A DNA stretch of 64,000 nucleotides from Acidobacteriota bacterium (GCA_965263035.1 OZ253580.1:1088001-1152000); one strand, 5' to 3'. Positions 19,915 to 30,947 are shown, counted from the first letter of the stretch. Numbers and translations are program-made. Notes: generated from the sequence alone by a model not told the origin.

Positions 19915-21641
19915 CTACGGAGCCGCACCAAGGGGTCGGATGGCGTGTTTTTCGAGTCCCAGGACTTCGTACATCGTGCGCTGTTCGTCCGTCATCTGCG
20001 AGAGCGTCGTCCGGAGTTCGGGCTCGCCGCCCTCCTCCCGCGCTGGATACAGCACGTCGACCTCGCGGATCCCGCTGAGCGCGCCCAGCAGCGCGGGGAT
20101 CGAATCCTGCACGCCGTGGCGGCTCAGTTCCCGCTGCAGCAGGCCGCACAGCAGCAGCGCCAGCACGCAGCAGAACACATGCACCGCGATCTTCTGGTCC
20201 GTCCAGTGGTATTGTGGCCGGATGGCGATGCAGTTGCTGTCCTTGAGCTGCCGGAAGGCGCTCTCGACATGATGTTGCGCGCGGTAGCCGCGCACCAGCT
20301 CGGCGTCGCTCCAGCCCGCCTGGTCGGTAAACAGCAGGGTCTTGCCCAGTAACGTGCGCTGAAGCTGCTCCCAGGCGCGCCGCTGGAAGCGATAATTCAC
20401 CTTCGGCAAGCCGTCCACCTCACGCACCTGAACGGCGAACAGGTCCCGCATGTGCCGGGCCCGCAGCCAGCCGTCGACCTTCTTGCGCGTGCCGGCCAGG
20501 CTCGGCTTGCGTCCCCCCCGGATCTTGCCCTCGCGCCAGCGCCGCAACTGCCACTGCAGGGCGCGCAGGTGCTGGCGCCGCTTAGCGATCTCGCGCGCAG
20601 CAGCGTCCGACATTGGGCGTCGAACAGCGCTTGGTTCCAAGTCACCAGCACCGTGCGCTGGACGCCGAACACTTTGGACTCGGTGCGGTAGGAGCGCACG
20701 CCGGCCAGCCCGTCGGCCTCCAGCGAGCGCATCTGGTCCGCAGGCACGGCCAGCAGGTGCGGATGCTGGGTGGGGACCAGCGAGCCGATGAAGTGGAACG
20801 GGCTGCGCTCGACCCAGTCCAAGTTCGGGCGCGAGTTGTTGCCCTTGTCGAAGACCAGGGTGACCGTCTCGGTCCCGGCGGCGATCTCCCGGTAGCGCCG
20901 GGCCAAGTCGGCGGCGAGGCTTTGGAACGTTGGCGCGTCGGGGCGGTTGCCGGGATAGGTGCGATGCAGCAGGGGCAGGCGGAAGTCGGCCGTGACCAGC
21001 AGGGCCACGCCGATGATGCGCAACGACCTGCGGCCCTCCTTGCTGTGACCGCGCTGAGCCAGTTGGGAGCGCTGGTTGAAGGAATTGATGTAGGTAAAGA
21101 AGTGGGTGGCGTCAAACAGCACTTGGCCCAGGTCGAGGCGGAACTCGCGGGTCATGGCGGCAACGATGTCGCGTTCAATGGCGGGTAGGGCGGGGACGGG
21201 GACGCGGTGCATATGGTCCCAGAAGCGCTGGCTGGTGAGCTGGTTGGAGCGCAGGGGGAGCAGGCGGCGCAGGGCGGTGGAGTCGAACCAACGGGCGAGG
21301 CTGGCCTTGGAGCCGGGGGCGAGGCAGCGGTTGAGGACGGCGGCGAGCAAGTAGGTGCCGACGGAGGGACCGGAGCCGCGCTTCGGGAGATGGCGGTCGA
21401 TGTGCTCGACCAACTGCAAGCGGCGGGCGAGGGTAAGCAGGGCGGCCGAGGCCCCGAATTCGCGCACGACCGCCTCGAGCGGCTGGGCGGGGGCGGGGGC
21501 GGCGCGGAGCTTCTCGATGATCTTGTCGGCGCGACCGAGATAGGTCTGGGAGACGATCTTGGGTTTGCCGTCGACGCGCTTGCAGACGCGGGCGTAGTAG
21601 TAGGGGCGGCCCCGGATGATCTTCTTGACGAGGCTGGCCAT
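19915..21641 (-). pseudogene. IS1634 DDE transposase, frameshifted
   Basis: N-terminal part: RPYYY, FDAT, RGHSK, VFDKG. C-terminal part: VESAFRQLK, RPQYHWTD..I..HVF. Removing 2 bp in the CGCGCGC run at 20592-98 joins them into a 574-aa ORF. Confidence 0.8.
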
Positions 21642-21827
21642 ATATTTAGGTCATACAATAGCGTATGGATCCGACCGATGTCAAGCGAGTTATCCGTAAA
21701 AACTTCATTTATAGATGGAATAATAGTTCTGGAGAAGACCTGACAAATCCCACCATATATTAGGCCATACAAAAATCAATGGGACGAGAGCAAGGGCCTC
21801 GGCCGGGCTGGGTGATAAACCCTTCCT

Positions 21828-21840
21828 TATCAATAACTTG
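21828..21840 (+). promoter_or_regulatory. IHF-binding consensus site near the IS1634 end
   Basis: TATCAATAACTTG matches WATCAANNNNTTR exactly. Confidence 0.55.
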
Positions 21841-21938
21841 AATCTGAATCGTCGGTCTGCCCACGCGCTAGGGCAATGCTATGCTGGTGCGAACACGGTA
21901 AAGTCGAGCTAGGAGGTCACACCCATGGAGACGAGTAA

Positions 21939-22358
21939 ATGAGCCAAAAAAAACGAGCCGCCATCAATCCGCCGGGGGTGTTTCCTCCGGGTGGAGAATA
22001 CTCCTGCGCCGTGAGTGCCGGAGGCCTGCTCTTCATTGCCGGTCAGACCGCCTCTTCACCCGAAGGCAAGCTGGTGGGAGAAGGGGATGCCGCGGCCCAG
22101 ACGCGGCAGGTCTTCGAGAACATCGGCCGGATTCTCGAAGGCGCCGGCGCCTCCTTCAGTGACGTGGTGGAGTTCACCACCTACCTGGTGGGTGTGGAAT
22201 CGGTCGGTCCTTTCCTGGAGGCCCGCCGGGAACTGTTCCCGGCTCTCTACCCGAAAGGAGACTATCCCACCAACACCTTGCTCAACATCGAGTCTCTGGC
22301 CGGTTCCAAGGCCCTCGTGGAGATCAGGACCGTGGCGGTTCTTCCCGAATCGGACTGA
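21939..22358 (+). CDS. RidA/YjgF family protein
   Basis: YS.AV..G.LLFIAGQ, QT.QVFEN...IL..AG, LVEI motifs. Confidence 0.88.
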   Translation: MSQKKRAAINPPGVFPPGGEYSCAVSAGGLLFIAGQTASSPEGKLVGEGDAAAQTRQVFENIGRILEGAGASFSDVVEFTTYLVGVESVGPFLEARRELFPALYPKGDYPTNTLLNIESLAGSKALVEIRTVAVLPESD

Positions 22359-23994
22359 CCGGAGACAGAGAATCGTCAGGCACGGCATTCGACCGGCCGT
22401 TCGCTGCCGTTTCACGATGGCCGGATGGCAACCAGAGAATTGCCTCGGTGCCGTCGGGCAGCGGCCAGCGCCGGGAGACACGCCAACCGGTCTGCTCCAG
22501 GCGCTCGTACACCGCTGGATTGAAGACAGTGAGATAGCTGATCCCCTGGTGTCCCGTCTTCCCGACCACGACCTGCACTCGTTCCAGTTGCTCCGGCGAC
22601 CCGGCCGAATGGCCCAGCCGGATGACGTCCAGTTCCCTTCCCGACTCCAGAGCCTGGAGACGGAGGGCCAAGAGATGAAAATGCGCCAAGTCGGGGACGA
22701 AGCCGACTCTGGCCCCCTCGGGAATCTGCTCCAGGATCTCCCGGTGGCACCAGTTTTCCCGGCGCGGCGGACCGGCCACGTCGAAGTAGCGGGAGGCGAA
22801 CAAGACCCACTCCCGTCCGGCGCTCCGGTAATCTCCATCGTCCGGGACCTGGAAGAGAGCCAGCTTTCCGGGGACCAGAGGCAGAGGGAACGACACGGCC
22901 AGAAATTGGAGCAGCGCCAGCGACGCCGCCAGACGCACGACCCATCGGCGCCGGTCCCAGGGCAGGAAAATCAAGATCGCCAGCGGTCCGGCCAGCGGAA
23001 GGACATACCTGGGATCCTTGGCCTCCAACAACGTCATCAGAAACAGCCCGCCCCAGAAGGTCCATCGGATCAGGCTCACCTCCGGAGGCCGGTCCTGCTT
23101 CCGCCCGGACTTGAGGAACGCCCCCAGGACGAAGAGTGCGGTGAGGGGAAGGAACAGGTAGTAGCTGGCCAGCGACCGGGGATAGTAGAGCCAGCCCAGC
23201 AGGGATTCCAGGCCCGGGTCCTGTTCCCATCCAGCCGCCTGCATGGTGAGAGTGAAGCGCTCCGACAGGTTCCCGGCGTTGGGCAGGTACCACCAGAAAA
23301 CCAGAGGAGCAGCCACCAGCGCGGCATCGACCAGATTCAGGAGCGAGCGCTTCCGGTCCCGGGAGCGGACCAGCGCCCAAACCAACGGAAACACCAGAAA
23401 CAGGATGAAGGTCCACTTGGTCAAAAGCCCCGCCGCGATGACCAGACCCAGCAACAGGCTAGAGCCCTTTCGTTCCAGATGCCGGCTCTTGGCCACCAGA
23501 CAGAGGGCCACCATGACCCACCCGCTGAGCGCCACGTCCAGGAGAGAGAAGCGGCTGGTCCAGGCCACGAGGGGAAAACACCAGGCCAGCAGCGCTGCCC
23601 AGGGGGCGGTTCCCCGAGTCAGACATCGGGAGGCCAGCCACCAGACGCCGCCGAAGAGCATGACCAGCCCCGGAAGATTGGAGAGGAAGACGAGGGCGTC
23701 CCGGTTGGGCCAGAGGGACAGAACCACCATTTCCTGGAGGTAGTAGAGGGGCGGGTAATAAGAGGAGAGTGAGGGAAAGTCTTCCGGCAGCCTCCCGGCG
23801 TCCAGGGTCCGCAGGGACTCCCAACCCTTGATCTGGTGGTGAGCCATGTCCCAGACCTGAGGCTGCTCATCCAACCCCAGCCAGACCAGGTGCAGCACCA
23901 GGACTCCCAGTCCCAGGAAGAGGACCGCGAATCGATCCGGCGCCGGCCGCGGCCGCTCACCAGTGGGTTGCGGGGTCGGGGACGGGACCATCAT
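22324..23994 (-). CDS. ArnT/GT39-like membrane glycosyltransferase
   Basis: WD, YYPPLY, GLLTK, DPRY motifs; multiple TM helices. Confidence 0.75.
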   Translation of the reverse strand: MMVPSPTPQPTGERPRPAPDRFAVLFLGLGVLVLHLVWLGLDEQPQVWDMAHHQIKGWESLRTLDAGRLPEDFPSLSSYYPPLYYLQEMVVLSLWPNRDALVFLSNLPGLVMLFGGVWWLASRCLTRGTAPWAALLAWCFPLVAWTSRFSLLDVALSGWVMVALCLVAKSRHLERKGSSLLLGLVIAAGLLTKWTFILFLVFPLVWALVRSRDRKRSLLNLVDAALVAAPLVFWWYLPNAGNLSERFTLTMQAAGWEQDPGLESLLGWLYYPRSLASYYLFLPLTALFVLGAFLKSGRKQDRPPEVSLIRWTFWGGLFLMTLLEAKDPRYVLPLAGPLAILIFLPWDRRRWVVRLAASLALLQFLAVSFPLPLVPGKLALFQVPDDGDYRSAGREWVLFASRYFDVAGPPRRENWCHREILEQIPEGARVGFVPDLAHFHLLALRLQALESGRELDVIRLGHSAGSPEQLERVQVVVGKTGHQGISYLTVFNPAVYERLEQTGWRVSRRWPLPDGTEAILWLPSGHRETAANGRSNAVPDDSLSPVSPIREEPPRS

Positions 23995-25627
23995 AGGGCT
24001 TCTTTACCCGGAAGATATTGAACCACTCCCACGGCCCGCCTCCGGAGATGCTGACGGGGAGAATGCCCCAGCCCGTGCTGTAGAACCCAGCGTGGGAAGA
24101 CGGGTCCAGAATGCGCCACGGAGTGTTCAAGCGCGCCGGGCGCTGCTCGAGCAGATCGAGGTATTCGTCGGAATCGTAGAGGGTCACCCACGGGGAGGCC
24201 AGGACCGGCTTGACCAGGATATCTCCAGCCTCGGGACCGACTTCGGACCGCTCCAGTATCCTCGCTCCCTCCTGCTCCAGGTAATGGCGGAAGCCCCACT
24301 CGGCAGTGAACCAGAGAGTTTTCCCCTCGTGCCCGTAATCCTGTGCGATCTCCTGGGCCGCCTGCTGGTAGCTCCGAGCGAAACGGTAGTCGGCATGGGC
24401 TATGGTCAGAGAATAGACGGCGGTCAGGACCACCCCGAGCCAGACCAGGTTCCGGAGCAGATAGGTCTCCTTGACCCGTTTCTCCAGGGAGGCGATCCAG
24501 AGCAGAATCACCGGTCCCGATACCAGCGTCGAGTATCGCACCGATCCCGAATAGTACATGAGGAGGCACGCCAGGCAGCCCCCGAAGAACCAGAGCCAGA
24601 TGGGAAGCCAGCGCCAGTCCCGTTTGGAGAGAAGTTCGGTCCCGCAGCCGGACAGAAAACGCCAGAACACCGCCACTCCACTGGAGAGAAACAGGGAAAA
24701 CAGAAATACCTGGCTCCATGTCCAGTTCTCCCACCACAGGTAGAAGGGGACGAAGGAGAGCAGGAACAGGACGGCCAGAATGCGGGCGCCGATGCGGCCG
24801 GCCAGACCGTACCAGAGCGCCACGGGGAAGAGCACCGTTCCGCCCAGGTTCAGCAGCAGGGAGAGAATTTTCTCCCCCATGATCGAACCCGAATAGATGT
24901 CTCGCTGAAGTGCGTGAATAGCCGTGTTCAGCAGCAGGAAGCGATCGTAGTGGAGAAGGGCACGCAGGTACCAAAGACCCCACAGCAGCAGCGGAGAGGC
25001 CAGGACCAGCAGCATCTTTCCCCTGGAGATCCGGGGAGCCTCAGCCTCCCGCACGAAAAGACAGACCAGCATCAACAGCACCAAGCCGCCCCCCAGGACG
25101 GAGATGAAGCAGGTTCCCAGCAACGACACTCCCCAGATCAGCCAGTCCCAACCCGTGGCGGTCCCGTCCCGCACCCGCAGGAAACGGGAAAGGGCCACGA
25201 TCCAAAGGGACCAGAAGGGGACGTCGGTCATGACGGTGTGGCTGGAAACGAGAAAACCGGGCGCCGCAATCAGGAGGCAGGAGGCAGCCAGGGGAAACCG
25301 GACATAACGCCGAGCCAGATCGTGGAACCCCCAAGCCGCCAAGACGGGAAAGATCAGAAAGCCGAGATGGTAGACCCACTCGGCCTGGCTGTTGCTCACC
25401 CACTTCAGCAGAGCCAGATAATAGCTGACCAGGGGCAGGTGGCTGTGACTGGCGGCATCGGGCGCCCCCATGCCCTCGAAACTGATTCGGAAGTCGTAGG
25501 GATAGAGGGGCGTCTGCAGAATGTTTTCGGCCACCCGCAGATAGATGCGGTCGTCGATGTGGAAGGCCTGGAAGAGGAAAGGGAGCTGAGTCCCCAGAAT
25601 CAGCGGGATCAGAACCCTGGCCCGCAT
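23957..25627 (-). CDS. ArnT/GT39-like (GT-C) membrane glycosyltransferase
   Basis: HIDD, HLPL..YY, MTDVP, VRY motifs; multiple TM helices. Confidence 0.7.
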   Translation of the reverse strand: MRARVLIPLILGTQLPFLFQAFHIDDRIYLRVAENILQTPLYPYDFRISFEGMGAPDAASHSHLPLVSYYLALLKWVSNSQAEWVYHLGFLIFPVLAAWGFHDLARRYVRFPLAASCLLIAAPGFLVSSHTVMTDVPFWSLWIVALSRFLRVRDGTATGWDWLIWGVSLLGTCFISVLGGGLVLLMLVCLFVREAEAPRISRGKMLLVLASPLLLWGLWYLRALLHYDRFLLLNTAIHALQRDIYSGSIMGEKILSLLLNLGGTVLFPVALWYGLAGRIGARILAVLFLLSFVPFYLWWENWTWSQVFLFSLFLSSGVAVFWRFLSGCGTELLSKRDWRWLPIWLWFFGGCLACLLMYYSGSVRYSTLVSGPVILLWIASLEKRVKETYLLRNLVWLGVVLTAVYSLTIAHADYRFARSYQQAAQEIAQDYGHEGKTLWFTAEWGFRHYLEQEGARILERSEVGPEAGDILVKPVLASPWVTLYDSDEYLDLLEQRPARLNTPWRILDPSSHAGFYSTGWGILPVSISGGGPWEWFNIFRVKKPYDGPVPDPATHW

Positions 25628-25633
25628 TTCGGG

Positions 25634-26650
25634 CTAATGATCCCTGAAGATCGGCATCTTGTAGAAGATGGCCAACTTCTCCATCCGGGGAATCCAGCGG
25701 CGGACCTGCAGGGTGTCCACCATGAAGCTGCCCAGGATGATGGGGAGACGGGGATTGGGCGCGTGACAGTCCTGGCACTCGGGATAGTCGGTCAGGTCTC
25801 CCTTCAGATGAGCCTCCCGCATCCGCTCCATCCTCTCCGAATTCCAGAGGTCGTAGATGGAGGAGTCTCGGACGTTGCCGATGGGCTCGGTCTGCCAGGT
25901 GTGGCAACAGGGGAAGAATTCCCCCTTGTAATTGACCATGGCGGGCCCTTGCCAGAGCTGGTAGCACGGATGCCGCCGCCGGGTGTGCTGAATCCTCTCC
26001 TCCAGCGCAACCTCCGGAATGACGATCTCGTCCTCCTTGATCCGAACTTCGTCGACGCCGTCGATGGACCACATCCGCTGGAAGTCCCGGACCTGGTGCT
26101 GATTTTCGGGAAGCCGGACCATCTGGAGAACCACGAACAGATCGGGACGCTGGACCTTCTTCATCTCCAGGAAGCTCAGGATGTTGGCCCTGACCTTCTC
26201 GAAATTGGCCCCCTTGCGGTACTTCTCGTATGTTTCGGGAGTGGTCCCGTCGAAGGCGATGATGAGACTGTCCAGCCCCGACTCCAGGAGTTCCTGGCTC
26301 CGGCGCCGGTCCAACAGGGTGGCGTTGGTCGAAACCACGGTGTAGATATCAGCGTCGTTGCAATATCGGACCATGCGGAAGATGTCGGGATTCATGAGAG
26401 GCTCGCCGCCTCCCCAAGGGAATACCAATTCGGTCTTTTGGCTGATCTCGTCGATGATCTGCTGGAAGAGGCCGAAATCAAAGTCCTCAGGGGGATAGTA
26501 GCCCAGCTCCCGCGGACACATGGGGCACTTGAGGTTGCATTTCCCGGTGTTCTCGATGATGAGGGTGATGGGGTAGGCTTCCAGATCGGCGCGTCCCGTA
26601 AGGTACCCGGAGAGCAGTTTCCACCGATTCTGTGCCTGAGTCAGCCTCAT
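25634..26650 (-). CDS. Radical SAM/SPASM-domain protein
   Basis: CNLKCPMC, GGGEPL; SPASM motifs C..LW, PCC..W, IGN, C..C. Confidence 0.9.
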   Translation of the reverse strand: MRLTQAQNRWKLLSGYLTGRADLEAYPITLIIENTGKCNLKCPMCPRELGYYPPEDFDFGLFQQIIDEISQKTELVFPWGGGEPLMNPDIFRMVRYCNDADIYTVVSTNATLLDRRRSQELLESGLDSLIIAFDGTTPETYEKYRKGANFEKVRANILSFLEMKKVQRPDLFVVLQMVRLPENQHQVRDFQRMWSIDGVDEVRIKEDEIVIPEVALEERIQHTRRRHPCYQLWQGPAMVNYKGEFFPCCHTWQTEPIGNVRDSSIYDLWNSERMERMREAHLKGDLTDYPECQDCHAPNPRLPIILGSFMVDTLQVRRWIPRMEKLAIFYKMPIFRDH

Positions 26651-26740
26651 GTGCCGCTACCTGGAATATGCGGTGCTCATCTTAGCAGAAACACCACCAC
26701 GGCACTTATTTGACGACATGGAGATCCGAGGCGTCGCGGA

Positions 26741-29458
26741 TCAGAGAATTTGCCCTTCGGCGAAGAGAGGGGCCGCCCGGATTGCGGCTTGGGCCGCCGC
26801 CAGGCGGGCCACGGGAACCCGAAATGGGGAACAGCTCACGTAGTCCATCTTGATCCGGTGGCAGAAATCGATGGATTCCGTATCCCCACCGTGTTCGCCG
26901 CAGATCCCGATTTCAAGATTGGGACGCCGGGCCCTTCCCTCTTGTACCGCGATCCGAATCAGCCTTCCCACACCCTCCTGATCCAGGGTCTGGAAAGGAT
27001 TCGAGGGCAGGATGCCCTCGTCCACATAGCGCAACAGAAAGTGCGTCTCCGCGTCGTCCCGGGAGTAACCCAACGTCATCTGGGTCAGGTCGTTGGTGCC
27101 GAACGAAAAGAACTCGGCAACCTCGGCCAGTTGATTCGCGGTGATGGCGGCCCGGGGCACCTCGATCATGGTCCCGAACATGTACTCGAGCCGGCATCCT
27201 CGCTCGTGCATGACCTCCAACGCCACCCGCTCCAGAACCGGCTGGATCACCTTCAACTCGTTCACGTGCCCAACCAGAGGAATCAGGATCTTGGGCCGGA
27301 CCGTCCCGCCTTCCTGGACCACGTTGCAGGCCGCCTCGAAGACGGCACGCACCTGCATGCTGACGATCCCCGGCATCACGATACTGAGCCGAATTCCCCG
27401 CAACCCCATCATGGGATTGCTCTCGTGCAGCTTCCGCAACGTGGCCAGGGTCCGCTGCAACTCGACCACCTCCTGAGTCCGCCCCTCGGTTCAGCACAGC
27501 TGCAGACGCTCCCGAATCTCCTCCTCCGTGGGCAGGAATTCGTGCAATGGCGGATCGATGAGCCGGATCACAACGGGACACCCATCCATCACCCTGAAGA
27601 GACCTTCAAAGTCCCCCCGCTGCAATGGAAGGAGCCGATTCAGAGACTGTTTGCGTTCCGTCTCGTCACTCGACAGGATCATCTGCCGAACGATGGGCAG
27701 ACGGCTGGCTTCGAAGAACATGTGCTCGGTCCGGCAAAGGCCCACTCCTTCCGCACCGTAAGCCAGCGCCCGGACGGCATCCTGGGGGTGGTCCGCATTG
27801 GCCAACACACCGAGATGCCGCCGGCTGTCGGCCCAGGCCAGAAGCGTTTTCAGGTCTTCCTGCGCTTCCAGGTCGGATTCGACGGTCGGGATCTTTCCCA
27901 AGAAGATTTCTCCCGAGGTCCCGTCCAGGGAGATCCAATCCCCCTCGCGCACCAGATGTCCCTTGGCCTTGAGCCGGCGTTTCGTCTCCCGAAGTTCCAT
28001 TCCTCCGGCTCCCACCACGCAGGGTACGCCGAACTGACGAGCCACTACGGCGGCATGGCTCGTCGCACCGCCTTCGATGGTCAGGATGCCTCGGGACGCG
28101 AGCATGCCGTGAACGTCGTCGGGCCGGGTAAAGGGGCGCACCATGACCACGTCGGTTCCTTCTCGACCCCATCTCTCGGCCGTATCGGCGTCGAAAACCA
28201 CCCGTCCGACGGCGGCCCCCGGAGAGGCGTTGACTCCGCGGCCCAGCAAGTTTCCGGCGTCCCTGGCCGTATCCTTGGCACGAGGCGCGAACGCCGGGTG
28301 CGGAAACACGTCGATATCCTCGGGACGGACCCGGAGCAGCGCTTCGTCGCGGGTGACACGTCCCTCCTTGCAGAGATCCACCGCAATGCGAATCGCCGCT
28401 CTGGCTGTTCTCTGCCCGGTTCGCGTCTGCAGGATCCAGAGCTTGCGCCGTTCGACGGTGAACTCCACGTCCTGCATGTCACGATACCGCTCTTCCAGCT
28501 TCCGGCAGATCCGAGCCAGCTCCCGGGAGACTCCCGGCATCCGGGTCCCGAGATCGGTGATCCTCTCCGTATTGCGGATTCCGGCCACGACGTCCTCTCC
28601 CTGCGCGTTGGGAAGGTAGTCGCCGTAGAGAGTCCGGGCTCCGGTCACCGGATTTCGCGTAAAGACCACACCCGTACCGGAATCGAGGCCCATATTCCCG
28701 AAGACCATGGAGACGACGTTGACCGCCGTCCCCAGGCCATGGGGAATGCCCGAGGCATTGCGACAGTCGAAGGCGCGTTTGCCGTTCCAGCTACGAAAGA
28801 CCGCCTGAACCGCCATCCGCAACTGTTCGAAGGCGTCCTGCGGAAACTCCATGCCGGCCTCCGCCCGGATGATCCGTTTGAAATCTGCCGTCAACTCCTT
28901 CCAGTCCGAAGCCGTCAGATCTGCGTCCGACGCCGCCCGCCGGTCGCGCTTCAACCGTGCCAAAAGCGACTCGAATGCTTCGTCGCCCAACTCCAGCACC
29001 ACACTGCCGAACATCTGGACCAGACGACGATAGGCGTCGAACGCAAACCCATCGTCTCCGGAGCCGGCCGCCAGCCCCGCGGCCGTCTCGTCGTTGAGTC
29101 CCACGTTGAGCACCGTATCCATCATTCCGGGTATGGAGTGCATGGCGCCGGAACGACACGAGACGAGCAGCGGGTTCTCCCCATTGCCGAAGCCCTTGCC
29201 GCTGGCCTCCTCGATCCGGTCCATGGCCTCCAGCACCTGGTCCCACAACCCCTCGGGAAGATCGCCTCCCGAGCGCAGGTACTCGACGCACGCTTCCGTG
29301 GTGATGACGAAACCCGGTGGCACCGGCAGGCCGATGCGGCTCATCTCGGCCAGGCTCGCACCCTTCCCGCCCAGCAGAGCCCGCAACGACTCCTTGTCGT
29401 GATGAGTCTCCGCGGGGGGCACTTCGTCAAACCGGAACACCCATTTGCCGACGTTCAT
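26741..29458 (-). pseudogene. ppdK: Pyruvate, phosphate dikinase interrupted by one in-frame TGA (27491-27493)
   Basis: LGGKG, GG.TSHAAVVAR, GLCRTEHM, NPMMG.RG.R, SFGTNDL and GICGEHGG motifs are all present. The two ORFs share a frame and read-through gives 905 aa. Confidence 0.85.
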
Positions 29459-29516
29459 ACAAACCGCCTCAAAGGGAGATACGAAAAGAAAGATCCGAGG
29501 AAGACACCCCGCGGGA

Positions 29517-29554
29517 ACCGGCGGGCGGGCGGGACCCGGTCCCGCGCCGCCGGT
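29517..29554 (-). terminator. GC-rich hairpin after the ino1 stop
   Basis: ACCGGCGG..GCGGGAC-CCG-GTCCCGC..GCCGGT; no immediate U-tract. Confidence 0.3.
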
Positions 29555-29562
29555 GAGGCGGG

Positions 29563-30888
29563 TCAGGATTCATAGTAGTCGAGACCCAGATGGGTGATCT
29601 GCTCTTCTCCGCGCAGATAGCGGAGGGTGTTCTTCAACTTCATGAGCTGGATGAAGAGATCGTGCTCGGGATAGAGCTCGGGCAGGGTCATGGGGCTCTT
29701 GAAATAAAAGGAGAGCCATTCCTGGATGCCCGACATTCCAGCCCGCTTGGCCAAATCCAGGAACAGGACAAGATCCAGCACGATCGGGGCGGCCAATATG
29801 CTGTCCTTACAGAGGAAATTGATCTTGATCTGCATCGGGTATCCCAGCCAGCCGAAGATATCCAGGTTGTCCCAGCCCTCCTTGTCGTCCTTGCGCGGCG
29901 GGTAATAGTTGATCCGAACCTTGTGGTAGAAGTCGCCGTACAGGTCCGGATAGTGTTCGGGCTGCAGAATGTATTCCAGAACCGAGAGCTTGCTCTCCTC
30001 CTTGGTCCGGAAGGATTCGGGGTCGTCCAGAACCTCGCCGTCCCGGTTGCCCAATATGTTCGTGGAGAACCAGCCCGAGAGCCCCAGGAGCCTGGCCTTG
30101 AGTCCAGGGGCGACGATGGTCTTCATCAGAGTCTGTCCCGTCTTGAAGTCCTTGCCGCAGATGGGAACGCCCTGCTCAAGGGCCAGCTGTTGGAAGGCCG
30201 GCGCATCCACCGTCAGGTTGGGAGCGCCGTTGGCGTAGGGAATCCCCAGCTTGAGGGCCGCGTAGGCGTAAATCATGCTGGACGGAATGTCGGGATGATT
30301 GTTCTTGAGACCCTCTTCCAGAGCCGAAACATCCTCGTGAACCGGTCCCTTCTCCAGAAAGATCTCGGTGCTGCCGCACCAGACCATCACCATGCGATCG
30401 ACCTGCTTCTCCCGCTGAAAAGACCGGATCTGTTCCATCAACTGGTGGGCCAGCTCCCATTTGGTCCGGCCTTTCTTGACGTGCGTTCCATCCAGCCTCT
30501 TGACGTATCGGTTGTCGAAGACCGCCCGATAGGGTCGGACTTCTTCCAGCACCGGCCTGAGCTGTTCCAGGAGACTCGTCTCCAGTACGCCGGCCTTGAC
30601 GGCCGCCGTGTACGCGTCGTCGTCGAACAGGTCCCAGGACGCGAATTCCAGATCCTCCAGTTGAGCCAAGGGAACGAAATCGGAGATCTTGGGCGACCGC
30701 CCCTCCGTCCGTTTTCCCAGCCGGACGGTACCGAATTGGGAAAGAGACCCGATGGGCAGAGCCAGTTCCCTCTTGACGGCCTCGACGCCGGCAATGAAGG
30801 TGGTGCTCACGGCACCCAGGCCAACCAACAGCACCCCCAATTTCCCCCGGGGCTCCTCGATCCGTACACCCTTCTCAATCATGTCCAT
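29563..30888 (-). CDS. ino1: Inositol-3-phosphate synthase
   Basis: GLGAV, GKDFKTGQT, NILGNRDG, D.KE.WD, DSILAAP, FYFKSP motifs. Confidence 0.92.
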   Translation of the reverse strand: MDMIEKGVRIEEPRGKLGVLLVGLGAVSTTFIAGVEAVKRELALPIGSLSQFGTVRLGKRTEGRSPKISDFVPLAQLEDLEFASWDLFDDDAYTAAVKAGVLETSLLEQLRPVLEEVRPYRAVFDNRYVKRLDGTHVKKGRTKWELAHQLMEQIRSFQREKQVDRMVMVWCGSTEIFLEKGPVHEDVSALEEGLKNNHPDIPSSMIYAYAALKLGIPYANGAPNLTVDAPAFQQLALEQGVPICGKDFKTGQTLMKTIVAPGLKARLLGLSGWFSTNILGNRDGEVLDDPESFRTKEESKLSVLEYILQPEHYPDLYGDFYHKVRINYYPPRKDDKEGWDNLDIFGWLGYPMQIKINFLCKDSILAAPIVLDLVLFLDLAKRAGMSGIQEWLSFYFKSPMTLPELYPEHDLFIQLMKLKNTLRYLRGEEQITHLGLDYYES

Positions 30889-30947
30889 TCACCTCAAATT
30901 CGTCGTGCCTTGGGCACAGCATGAGTTATTGCCGTTCGATCTTCGAA

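Larger units (their letters stand above)
19836..21908 (-). mobile_element. IS1634-family insertion sequence
   Basis: TIR CCCGAGTTTACCGT / ACGGTAAAGTCGAG (12/14); CTAG at both flanks (19832-35, 21909-12); contains the transposase. Confidence 0.85.

Noticed and set aside
27491-27493. Selenocysteine reading of the ppdK TGA (Cys-TGA)
   Set aside because: The position is not catalytic, PPDK is not a known selenoprotein, and no convincing SECIS hairpin follows.
23963-29575. Very long plus-strand ORFs (916 aa and 941 aa) and similar ones such as 206-2029 and 46326-48392
   Set aside because: Antisense shadows of well-supported genes in GC-rich DNA; no recognisable motifs.
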